64,000 nt of DNA from the IMG/VR virus record IMGVR_UViG_3300023184_004198, positions 1 through 64,000 of that record. One strand, written 5' to 3'. The notes beneath the pieces are model-generated. The model was not told the origin of the DNA, did no database searches, and saw nothing but the letters and a program-made list of their open reading frames with translations. The translations under genes and the position numbers were made by a program. Of this stretch, positions 35,701 through 43,077 are shown piece after piece; within the stretch, counting starts at the first letter, position 1, and every line of letters begins with the position of its first letter.

Positions 35701-36222
35701 TATCAGAATAAAAACGCAGGCAGTTATGATTCTGGACAAAAATACACCGACGAACGTGATGCAGATTACGCAGATAGATTAAATGCTGCACGTGCAGGAA
35801 GAATAGCCAACAATGAATTAACACCTGGTGAATGGATACAAAAAGGAACAAATGCTGTAAGAAAAGCATTTGGCGGACAAGATAAACCACTACAGCCGGC
35901 TAAGACAGTGGTAGACCTTGATGGCCCATCAAACTATCCAAGCGCGAGATATGTTGGCAGTGATGACGCAAATATAAAACGTTACTTAGATCCAAAGGCT
36001 GATGCAGCGTATAAAGCAAGACAAAAGGCATTGTTCCCAGACGATTTTAAAGAAGGAAAGGGCGACGGCAACTTAGCCAACAACGCTAAACCATATGACA
36101 AAGTCACACAGGGTGATGTTATTGCTGGACGTCTTGGCAAAGACGAAAAAGGCGGCAAAGAAAAACAAGTTGAAGAAAGCATTTTTGCTCTCACCAACCA
36201 ATGGAAAGCATACAAGGGGTAA
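32770..36222 (+). CDS. Modular capsid-internal protein (1150 aa) containing a DUF3008-like module
   Basis: Charged, low-structure modules separated by hydrophobic-x-Glu sites. Includes KAVSKKQQRFMGMVHAAQKG...KHKGLPEK (DUF3008-like) and two REMAGIK motifs. Confidence 0.55.
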   Translation: MSFFYDLNKKLDAIRQTPSKTHGQLNERDMGKHNNATTGFKALADKAGKEYGSKAAGERVAGAVKAKMAKAGKLEEEEGMSRAAKGYEKYGKKGMEALAKAGREGKALDPVRKKYDKYDNKEVSEDFGPGTAGRNRNQAGPEYSFSPDTKNYKTPNLDRNTEIDRKGYVTDWNKEIVNTTMGPDTRGNQAHIGAYTSDGQGQTKYVDRTTPGVINKIKDKLGWDMPDPAYGPRPDETQRLAKRYPKPTQESGGPAPAKSMVDKQASTAGRTPPYVPPKASKPAPKDNGMGRIVQGTWQADPKGTVKAPSGDPEGVPESSAPMTPKQKSFAKLAPPADKITFADKIAGAKKEVDEMLGDVAAEAMRAALGKGKQTVQGMAEDQPTHFEVHYKDNQKGRTAKTKVKGSDAKQAKAAWNDWNSSNTPGRFTFVAVKPVAAEMDEGNAFDYKSPRDAAPKVGSVERGHKHDIEHTATGRKVTRRVDDQGHSVGADDETDTQQGPRGRGRPKGTKGAIGAKGPSGRSKLMTKEGDQDITDQGEYDQEGDMAKDDIKTIVRHAQALSRVLGDNDNLPEWVQSKLAKIEGMMISIDEYMQNQASDDSEEEPIAEKAVSKKQQRFMGMVHAAQKGEKPASKEVGKVAKTMKKKDAEDFASTKHKGLPEKVKSKKKEEVDENSEEGRLITKQTGPGQTSTSSTTGRVSATMDKGQVTVKPAKSGGVSYGKGIYDSMNRELELMIAESMSVNMSDSTEGNKSLTVTATDDDAMKLAMILKSAGLGGGDAHSHGEEACDTCGMTDCGCGDVQEAVDENAPDWPTNTEQADSNFGYAGGLNKPKADIAGDGQSTVPVVATRPHNDDLRRIREMAGIKNEEHIDLGPTSPEVAAMSKDEVDAALRLGMSPDISGMDPDEVNAQFGDSNDTQYEDSIQRMREMAGIKEWEVKLDSPPRTGAYPHELYGKDRERYDAVQTGSGPESQKVQQYYQNKNAGSYDSGQKYTDERDADYADRLNAARAGRIANNELTPGEWIQKGTNAVRKAFGGQDKPLQPAKTVVDLDGPSNYPSARYVGSDDANIKRYLDPKADAAYKARQKALFPDDFKEGKGDGNLANNAKPYDKVTQGDVIAGRLGKDEKGGKEKQVEESIFALTNQWKAYKG

Positions 36223-36225
36223 ACA

Positions 36226-36414
36226 ATGAGTTCAAACAACATGATGAGACCCTACAGTGAAGTAGCAGCAGAAATTGCACAGCGCAACGCCAACAATTAT
36301 GTGCCACCCGCTGTACCAAGCGTGAAACAAACACCTGTGGAAATTCCAGGTGTGATGTATCAAGCACGAGAACTATTTCAACCCATAGTTTCCAAACCTG
36401 AAGGTGACAAATAA
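36226..36414 (+). CDS. Small hypothetical protein
   Basis: 62 aa, tightly packed; its stop overlaps the next ATG. Confidence 0.55.
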   Translation: MSSNNMMRPYSEVAAEIAQRNANNYVPPAVPSVKQTPVEIPGVMYQARELFQPIVSKPEGDK

Positions 36415-36761
36415 TGGCAACCACAGTACAAGTTGTAAACGCAATTGGCAACACTCTTTGGACCACAGACAAAGTGGAATTTGCTACGTCACTGAGTAAT
36501 GTGACGTTTCAAGTCAGTGCAGTGCAGTTGACTTATGCACAGGCCAACGGCACGCCTGCCAACGCTACAATGACCACTCCTGTGGGCAACTTGTATGCCA
36601 ATGCTATCAGTGTTCCAGGCAACACAGTGTCACAGTACTATGTGGGTGCTGGCAATTATTTGAACATTCTCACAGGTACTGGTGGCTTCACCGCCACAGC
36701 ACTGGGCACTGCAACCAGTGCCACAGCAGCCAGCAATGGCATAGCAACTCCAGCATCATAA
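36414..36761 (+). CDS. Hypothetical Thr/Ala-rich protein, possibly virion decoration
   Basis: 115 aa beta-rich ORF in the late operon. Confidence 0.55.
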   Translation: MATTVQVVNAIGNTLWTTDKVEFATSLSNVTFQVSAVQLTYAQANGTPANATMTTPVGNLYANAISVPGNTVSQYYVGAGNYLNILTGTGGFTATALGTATSATAASNGIATPAS

Positions 36762-36762
36762 T

Positions 36763-37134
36763 ATGAGAGCACAAGAGTTCGTCACTGAAGACAAAGTTGG
36801 TAAAATCAGCAGACGACTTGACACGGCCACAGTGGGCCTGCACAAGTTTCGTGACATGCAATTTGCTGACCGCGTGTATGAACTCAATCGTATCATGATG
36901 GCCGTGGCTTCAACTGACGGCACTTTTGTGCCCGACCTAGATGGCGAATCCTGGGCCGGGCGCAACAACATTGCCGCACCGTACACTCCTGAAGAACAAG
37001 ACATGCTGAAAATGGCCTACAAGGCCATTGGCAGCCACCATGAAGATTTGAATCACGGTGACTTGCGCAGTCAAGAACATCCTGCGGTGAACACCACTAG
37101 TCCTGTGTCAGCGTTCAAAGGCTACCCACGATGA
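36763..37134 (+). CDS. Probable internal head protein with CTS-like N-terminus (paralog A)
   Basis: Starts MRAQEFVTE and ends SPVSAFKGYPR. Confidence 0.55.
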   Translation: MRAQEFVTEDKVGKISRRLDTATVGLHKFRDMQFADRVYELNRIMMAVASTDGTFVPDLDGESWAGRNNIAAPYTPEEQDMLKMAYKAIGSHHEDLNHGDLRSQEHPAVNTTSPVSAFKGYPR

Positions 37135-37631
37135 GCATGCATTCTGCAGCCGAAGTTGATGCTCATATCAAATCTTGGATAGAGCATGTCAGCCAGCCAC
37201 AGGAAAAATTAGACAACTTGCCCGTGTGTCCTTTTGCTAAAAAAGTAGAATATAAACTAATTGACACAAACTTAGATCAATTGGGTATGCCAAACCATGA
37301 TTTGAAATTGATAATTTATATTTTACCTGATGAAGTTTCTGAACAGCAAATGGCCGATCGTTGTTTAGCATTGAACAAGCAATACCCAGATTATGTGTTT
37401 TTACCAGACCACAAAAACAAGCGCACTTATATCAATAATATATTGACCAACAACTGCAAATATAATTTGGTCATGTGCCAACCTAAAGAAGAAATTGAAA
37501 AAAGCAGAGAAAGTCTGTTAAAAACAAATTATTACACATTTTTCAATAACAAATATTGGAATCAAGAGTGTGTATATGAATCCATTGTGCCTAACAACCA
37601 CTGGAGCAAAACAGTGGAGCCAGCCACATGA
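37131..37631 (+). CDS. Hypothetical protein, DUF1415-like CPFA motif
   Basis: WIEHVSQP...LPVCPFAKK; visibly more AT-rich than its neighbours. Confidence 0.5.
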   Translation: MSMHSAAEVDAHIKSWIEHVSQPQEKLDNLPVCPFAKKVEYKLIDTNLDQLGMPNHDLKLIIYILPDEVSEQQMADRCLALNKQYPDYVFLPDHKNKRTYINNILTNNCKYNLVMCQPKEEIEKSRESLLKTNYYTFFNNKYWNQECVYESIVPNNHWSKTVEPAT

Positions 37632-38014
37632 GAGCACGAGAGTTTATCACAGAACAAGCAACGCTGCCTCCTGAGCAAGCAGATCCCATGAATCATGTGT
37701 TTGTGTTGCCTGGAGTAAAATCCAGTGATCCATATCAAATCTATCGACTGGGTGTGGCCATGGCCCGTGCCAGAAGTGATGCTGGCTCAGATGGCATTGC
37801 CGACAACTTTCCAGCCTGGTCTCCTCAAGCTGCATTTGGAGAAGAAGCAGTAGTTGGTGGGTTTAACGCCACTATTGAACCCATAATTGATCAGGCATTG
37901 AAAATGGCCGGCTTGCCTGACAAAAAAATACAAATCAGCACACCCAACAGCCTGGAACCTGCGTCTGTTCAGAAACAAAGCCCTGTGCGGCCATTCGCTG
38001 GCTACCCCCGTTAA
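37628..38014 (+). CDS. Probable internal head protein with CTS-like N-terminus (paralog B)
   Basis: Starts MRAREFITE and ends SPVRPFAGYPR. Confidence 0.55.
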   Translation: MRAREFITEQATLPPEQADPMNHVFVLPGVKSSDPYQIYRLGVAMARARSDAGSDGIADNFPAWSPQAAFGEEAVVGGFNATIEPIIDQALKMAGLPDKKIQISTPNSLEPASVQKQSPVRPFAGYPR

Positions 38015-38073
38015 CTAATTCACCTTTTAACAATAGCTCTTATTTCACTAAATAAAGCAACTTAGGAATTCTA

Positions 38074-38679
38074 ATGGCCAACCCGCCTCCACCATACGAC
38101 AACATCACAGGCATTAGCCGTGCTGTGATGAAAGACACCGCACAGATTACTGTGCAAAATTATAATGGCGTTGCTCGTCCTGGCGAACTTGTAGTTGATC
38201 AAATTACTGACAATCTTTATGTGGGCAACATCAATGGTAACTTGACCCTGGTGGGATTTGGGTCAGGATTATCAACTCCCACTGCATTTAATCCACAGTT
38301 TACAGACGCATCAGGTACCACTGCTGGTACCACAGTGACTGGTGCCTACACCTTGATTGGCCCGCTGTGTTATTTTAGAGTTTACGCAGACTTCAGCACC
38401 ACCACCAACTTTGGCACCCTAGGTTATCAAATCACATTGCCATTTGCCAGTGTGCAAACCATGCGCATTGCTGGAGGCACCTTGCATCAGGTGTCTGGAG
38501 CAGGTTCACCGGCCCTGTTTCACATTGCTGGTATCACAGACAACGCAGTCAGCACCACAGTTCACAAGTTGTATTATTCAGGCAGCACCACAGATCTGCC
38601 CTGGAAGTACAATACTCCAACATCCTGGGCACAACCTGACAGCCACTTTGACATCTCAGGCATTTACCAAATAGCCTAA
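38074..38679 (+). CDS. Short fibre/decoration-like protein
   Basis: PGELVVDQITDNLYVGN resembles fibre N-terminal (Mtd-N-like) motifs. TAAATA at 38049-38054. Confidence 0.45.
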   Translation: MANPPPPYDNITGISRAVMKDTAQITVQNYNGVARPGELVVDQITDNLYVGNINGNLTLVGFGSGLSTPTAFNPQFTDASGTTAGTTVTGAYTLIGPLCYFRVYADFSTTTNFGTLGYQITLPFASVQTMRIAGGTLHQVSGAGSPALFHIAGITDNAVSTTVHKLYYSGSTTDLPWKYNTPTSWAQPDSHFDISGIYQIA

Positions 38680-38681
38680 CA

Positions 38682-38687
38682 TAAATA
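38682..38687 (+). promoter_or_regulatory. Late promoter box TAAATA, 5 nt before ATG
   Basis: TAAATA-ttaat-ATG (ATG at 38693). Confidence 0.65.
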
Positions 38688-38692
38688 TTAAT

Positions 38693-39499
38693 ATGAAAAA
38701 ACTTTTATTTGTGCTGTTGCTCACAGCCGTTAATCTAGCACAGGCCTGGGACCAAACAGCCCCACTTGACCCTGCTCGCTGTCAAACACACAATCCTTAT
38801 GGTTGGGCACAAACCTCAAAACCGGTCACAGCCATTTGCCGCAGAGCATACTTTGTGGCCTATGATGCGGCTGCAAAGATTCCCAACTATGTCACATACA
38901 CATTGACCCCACCCAATGCACTAGGATGCTGGCCAAGAACCAATGCGTTTGTGGCAGATGCAAGTGTGCCCAACGGACCAAGACCAGATGACTACGCTGG
39001 CACCGGCTACGACAAAGGCCATGCCGCTCCTGATGGCGACTTATCTTGGGACCAACAAGTGGAATATGAGTCATTCCTAATGACCAACATGTACCCACAA
39101 CTGGGTGGATTGAATCGTGGCATTTGGAAACTGTTGGAAACGTCAGTGCGTGGCTGGACTGTGCAACAAAATCAGGTGTATACAATCTATGTGGGTGCTG
39201 TGTATGACACTGCCACTGACAAAAAGATTGGCAACGGTGTTGTGGTGCCCACAGGTTTCTACAAGATTGTGATCAATCAAGCCACAGGTGCCATGGCTGG
39301 CTGGTATTTCCGACACGAAGGAGGACAAGGCAATGACTTGACCAAGGCTCGTGCTGCCGTCTCTGCTATTGAAAACAAAGCAGGTGTGAAGTTTGCTTAT
39401 CCTGCCAATGCACGCGAACTGCCCATTGGACAAGAATGGCCTGTGGACTTTGGTGCGTTGACCAATGCCAAACGCCAAAAATGCAAGAGCGCCGACTGA
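38693..39499 (+). CDS. DNA/RNA non-specific endonuclease (NucA/Endonuclease_NS) with signal peptide
   Basis: MKKLLFVLLLTAVNLAQA signal; YDKGHAAP...SFLMTNMYPQLGGLNRGIWKLLE...VVVPTGFYKIV. Confidence 0.9.
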   Translation: MKKLLFVLLLTAVNLAQAWDQTAPLDPARCQTHNPYGWAQTSKPVTAICRRAYFVAYDAAAKIPNYVTYTLTPPNALGCWPRTNAFVADASVPNGPRPDDYAGTGYDKGHAAPDGDLSWDQQVEYESFLMTNMYPQLGGLNRGIWKLLETSVRGWTVQQNQVYTIYVGAVYDTATDKKIGNGVVVPTGFYKIVINQATGAMAGWYFRHEGGQGNDLTKARAAVSAIENKAGVKFAYPANARELPIGQEWPVDFGALTNAKRQKCKSAD

Positions 39500-39500
39500 C

Positions 39501-39514
39501 ACCGTAAATACGGT
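39501..39514 (+). promoter_or_regulatory. Late promoter box TAAATA within an inverted repeat, 4 nt before ATG
   Basis: ACCGT-AAAT-ACGGT then ATG 39515; TAAATA at 39505-39510. Confidence 0.7.
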
Positions 39515-40654
39515 ATGAGCAACTTCTATTGTGCAGCCCCCTGGCGTGGTTTGCACATCAATCCCCGCGGTGATGTTAAAACTTGTTGTGCTGGCAACCC
39601 CAACATGTTGGGCAATCTCAATGGTCAAACAATAGAGCAAATACTCAACTCAGACTTGATGGCTGGTATACGCACCAGTTTGGCACAAGGACAAGCACAC
39701 GACTATTGTTCAAACTGTGTACGTGCAGAACGTTTTGGTGCAGACTCAGAACGTGCCTGGCACAACAATGTAAACCCTGATTTTGATTATAGCACAGCAG
39801 GCAAAGAATATCACTATCCTGTGATAGTGGATGTGCGTTGGAACACCACTTGCAATTTCAGTTGTAACTATTGTGATCCCAGTGCCAGTAGCAAATGGGC
39901 ACAACTAAAACAAGTACCATTCAAGTCAGGTACAAGACCATACTATGAACAAGTGTGTAACTTCTTGGAACAGTATCATGATCACATACATGAAGTTGCC
40001 TTGGTAGGTGGCGAACCATTATTGCTGCCTGAGAACGAACGTCTGTTAGATGTCATTCCAGAGTCTGCTATTGTTACACTGATCACAAACTTGAATGTGG
40101 ACTTGCAGAATAATCGAATATTCCGCAAACTGTCTGAACGCAACAGAGTAGGTTGGAGCATGAGCTTTGATAACATTGGTGAACGATTTGAATACGTGCG
40201 CTATGGCGGATCTTGGACCATGTTGCAAGAAAATTTAAAAGTCATAAAAAGTCTACACCGTGATCGAGGACACTGGGGCGGTGTGCATGCAGTGTACAAC
40301 ATCTACAATGCCACACGATTGTGTGAATTCAGACAATTTGTTGAGGACACCAATAACACAGTGCTGTGGCAAAACTTGTTTCAACCGGAATACCTTGATC
40401 CATTTTTGCATGGAGTGGATGTGGCTCAAGCAGCGGCTGCAGAGATACGTGAGTTATACGGCATGAACATTGCCACACCTGCAGAACGTGTTTTCTTTGA
40501 TCAAGCACTCAGCAAGTATGATTCTATAACTACTGTACAGCCCAAGATTACCGCACAGTTTAAAAGACACATACAAGCAATTGAAACACAATACCATCCC
40601 AGCACAGCAGGCGAGTTTGCAAGACTATGGCCGGAGATTGCACAATGCTTGTGA
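39515..40654 (+). CDS. Radical SAM protein with N-terminal twitch domain (#1)
   Basis: CAAPW...KTCC...CSNC at the N-terminus, then CNFSCNYC and GGEP. Confidence 0.9.
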   Translation: MSNFYCAAPWRGLHINPRGDVKTCCAGNPNMLGNLNGQTIEQILNSDLMAGIRTSLAQGQAHDYCSNCVRAERFGADSERAWHNNVNPDFDYSTAGKEYHYPVIVDVRWNTTCNFSCNYCDPSASSKWAQLKQVPFKSGTRPYYEQVCNFLEQYHDHIHEVALVGGEPLLLPENERLLDVIPESAIVTLITNLNVDLQNNRIFRKLSERNRVGWSMSFDNIGERFEYVRYGGSWTMLQENLKVIKSLHRDRGHWGGVHAVYNIYNATRLCEFRQFVEDTNNTVLWQNLFQPEYLDPFLHGVDVAQAAAAEIRELYGMNIATPAERVFFDQALSKYDSITTVQPKITAQFKRHIQAIETQYHPSTAGEFARLWPEIAQCL

Positions 40655-41184
40655 CACCGGTAGACAACGAAAACAATTTATTCCGTGTAGAGCATGCTGT
40701 GAGTGCAGAACTGGCTGCCAAAGTTGTAGCCACGGACTGGTTGTCGTTGCCTTGGCAACGCCAGGAAGGCCAAGAAAACTGGGCACGTAGACGTATAACA
40801 GACAGTGCTATACCTTGGATTGATCAGTGGCATCAAGAAATCAGCAGTCAATGGTCAACAATAGAACAATCAGTGGGTAGACAGTTGCATCCTTACTTTG
40901 GCACAGCCTGGTGGCTGGATGAACCTGGATTTACATGCAGTATGCACACTGATGGTGAGTTACCGGGCAGTATGCACCTAATTTGGCGTGGTACAGGAAC
41001 TGCATTTTATTGGCATAAAGATCCTGCGACCCTGCGCTATCAAACACCCGAACAGCCCAATGCTGGTTATGTCATGATCAATCAAGCAGACAGCATAGGA
41101 TATAGACGACTGTTGTGGCATGCCATGCTCACACCGTCAGACTCTTATAGAGTAACTTCATACACATGGATACACCCACAATGA
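40645..41184 (+). CDS. 2OG-Fe(II) oxygenase-like protein
   Basis: HxD (SMHTDG) plus a distal His (LWHAM) and YRVT in a double-stranded beta-helix pattern. Confidence 0.6.
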   Translation: MLVTPVDNENNLFRVEHAVSAELAAKVVATDWLSLPWQRQEGQENWARRRITDSAIPWIDQWHQEISSQWSTIEQSVGRQLHPYFGTAWWLDEPGFTCSMHTDGELPGSMHLIWRGTGTAFYWHKDPATLRYQTPEQPNAGYVMINQADSIGYRRLLWHAMLTPSDSYRVTSYTWIHPQ

Positions 41185-42317
41185 TTTCTTCAAGCCCTAC
41201 ATTTTGCCCTGCGCCCTGGACCAGTCTTAACATTGATCAAGCTGGTAGAGTAAGTCCTTGTTTTCACTGTGTTGAAGTGATGGGCAACGTCAAAATAAAC
41301 ACCATACAAGAAGTTATCACAGGCCCAGAATTTGTCAAGATGAAACAATCAATGGCAAGTGGAGAATGGTTTTCTGGCTGCTCATGGTGCAAACGACTAG
41401 AAGAAACCACAGGAGTCAGCGGCAGAACTACACGACGTGCAAGCAAAGAAACCATAGATCAAATAGACTCTGACCCTGAATTTTTCAAATTAGAACATCT
41501 TGTGGTCAACTGGAGCAACTTGTGCAACCTTGCTTGTGTGTATTGCAATCCTGAAACCAGCACAGCATGGCAAAGCATAAAAAAAATTCCCATCAATCAT
41601 GTCAAAAACGAACACGCAGATTTAATTGAACTGGCCCGCACACAAGGGCACAACATTCAAGGGCTGAGCTTGGGTGGTGGCGAGCCGTTGTTGCAAAAAG
41701 GACTAGAACAGTTTTTAAACTACATTGATGCCAGCAAAGTCAGTGTCATGGTCACTACCAATTTGAGCATGGACCTTGAACACAATGCCATTTATCAACG
41801 ATTAAAAACTTGGCCCAATGTAAGTTGGATGATCAGTTTTGACAATGCTGACAAAGACAAATTTGAATATGTGCGGCACGGTGCAAGCTGGGCACAATTT
41901 GTTGACAACATACAAGTCATGAAACGCGATCGACAAAAAATTCAAGCACACCCGGCATATTCAATCTATTGTGCGTTAGATTTGATGGAATATTATGATT
42001 TTTGTGTCGAACAACAGTTAGATATTTTTTGGTGCGAGTTAAATCATCCTATGGAACTGGATATGCGTCGCCAATCTAATAGACTGCGACAACTTGCAGT
42101 GGAAGAAATTGATCGCGTTGTAACCAAATACAAAGATTGTCAGCAATTGGCCACGGATGTATTGCAACGATATCGCATGACTCTCATTGACAACAGTTAT
42201 TTAAACAACAAAAATTTTATACCAAACATTTTAAAATGGCATAAAACTACTGAAGCAACTTTGAACAAAAGTACAAAATTCGTCGACTTATGGCCTTTGT
42301 TGGCTCAACAATTATAG
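41181..42317 (+). CDS. Radical SAM protein with N-terminal twitch domain (#2)
   Basis: CPAPW...PCFHC...CSWC, CNLACVYC and GGGEP. Confidence 0.9.
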   Translation: MISSSPTFCPAPWTSLNIDQAGRVSPCFHCVEVMGNVKINTIQEVITGPEFVKMKQSMASGEWFSGCSWCKRLEETTGVSGRTTRRASKETIDQIDSDPEFFKLEHLVVNWSNLCNLACVYCNPETSTAWQSIKKIPINHVKNEHADLIELARTQGHNIQGLSLGGGEPLLQKGLEQFLNYIDASKVSVMVTTNLSMDLEHNAIYQRLKTWPNVSWMISFDNADKDKFEYVRHGASWAQFVDNIQVMKRDRQKIQAHPAYSIYCALDLMEYYDFCVEQQLDIFWCELNHPMELDMRRQSNRLRQLAVEEIDRVVTKYKDCQQLATDVLQRYRMTLIDNSYLNNKNFIPNILKWHKTTEATLNKSTKFVDLWPLLAQQL

Positions 42318-42324
42318 GAATGAT

Positions 42325-43077
42325 ATGAAAAAGAATAAAACACTATGGCATTTTGGTACAAAATCAGCCGGACAAACATTTCGATGGATGCCCACAGACA
42401 CTGAAGAAAGTTTTCAAAGACTGATACAAAACGAAGAATACCTTGAGTATTTTCGTAACAAAGGCTGGTTGGATCCCGATGCTATAACATATCGTATAAA
42501 CAGTGCTGGATTCAGGTCTGAAGAGTTTGATCCGCAAGCAGCCAGCATGGTTTCACTGGGGTGCAGTTATACCATTGGTATCGGTCTGCCTGAGCAAGCC
42601 ACATGGAGTTATCTAGTATCGCAGGCCTTGGGGTTGAAAAACTATAATTTAGCATGGGGTGGCACCAGTGCAGACACTTGTTTTATGATAGCCGATCATT
42701 GGTTACCAATATTAAAACCAAAGTTGGTGGTAATGACCGCACCTCCCAAACACCGATTTGATTTGATAACAGAAAAAAATCATCACAGTCATGACACCTA
42801 TCTGCCTAGCAGTGAAATTGGTGGAGCAGATCAAGATGGTTTTGTCAAAACTTGGTTTTTGAATGATCGCAATGCTGACTTAAATAATGCACGTAATCGA
42901 TTTGCAGTAGAAGGTCTGTGTGCTAGATTGGGCATACGGTGTTTGACCTATAACGCTCATGATTGGTTTGCCAAAAGTCGAGATGAAGTAGAATATGCCA
43001 GGGATCGCATGCATGCTGGACCTCGAGGACATCAGACATTTGCAGAAAGAATATTACATGATTGCACCACCAAGTAA
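42325..43077 (+). CDS. SGNH/GDSL-like hydrolase or acyltransferase
   Basis: SLGCSYTIG block I, NLAWGGTS and a terminal DRMHAGPRGH (DxxH). Confidence 0.6.
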   Translation: MKKNKTLWHFGTKSAGQTFRWMPTDTEESFQRLIQNEEYLEYFRNKGWLDPDAITYRINSAGFRSEEFDPQAASMVSLGCSYTIGIGLPEQATWSYLVSQALGLKNYNLAWGGTSADTCFMIADHWLPILKPKLVVMTAPPKHRFDLITEKNHHSHDTYLPSSEIGGADQDGFVKTWFLNDRNADLNNARNRFAVEGLCARLGIRCLTYNAHDWFAKSRDEVEYARDRMHAGPRGHQTFAERILHDCTTK

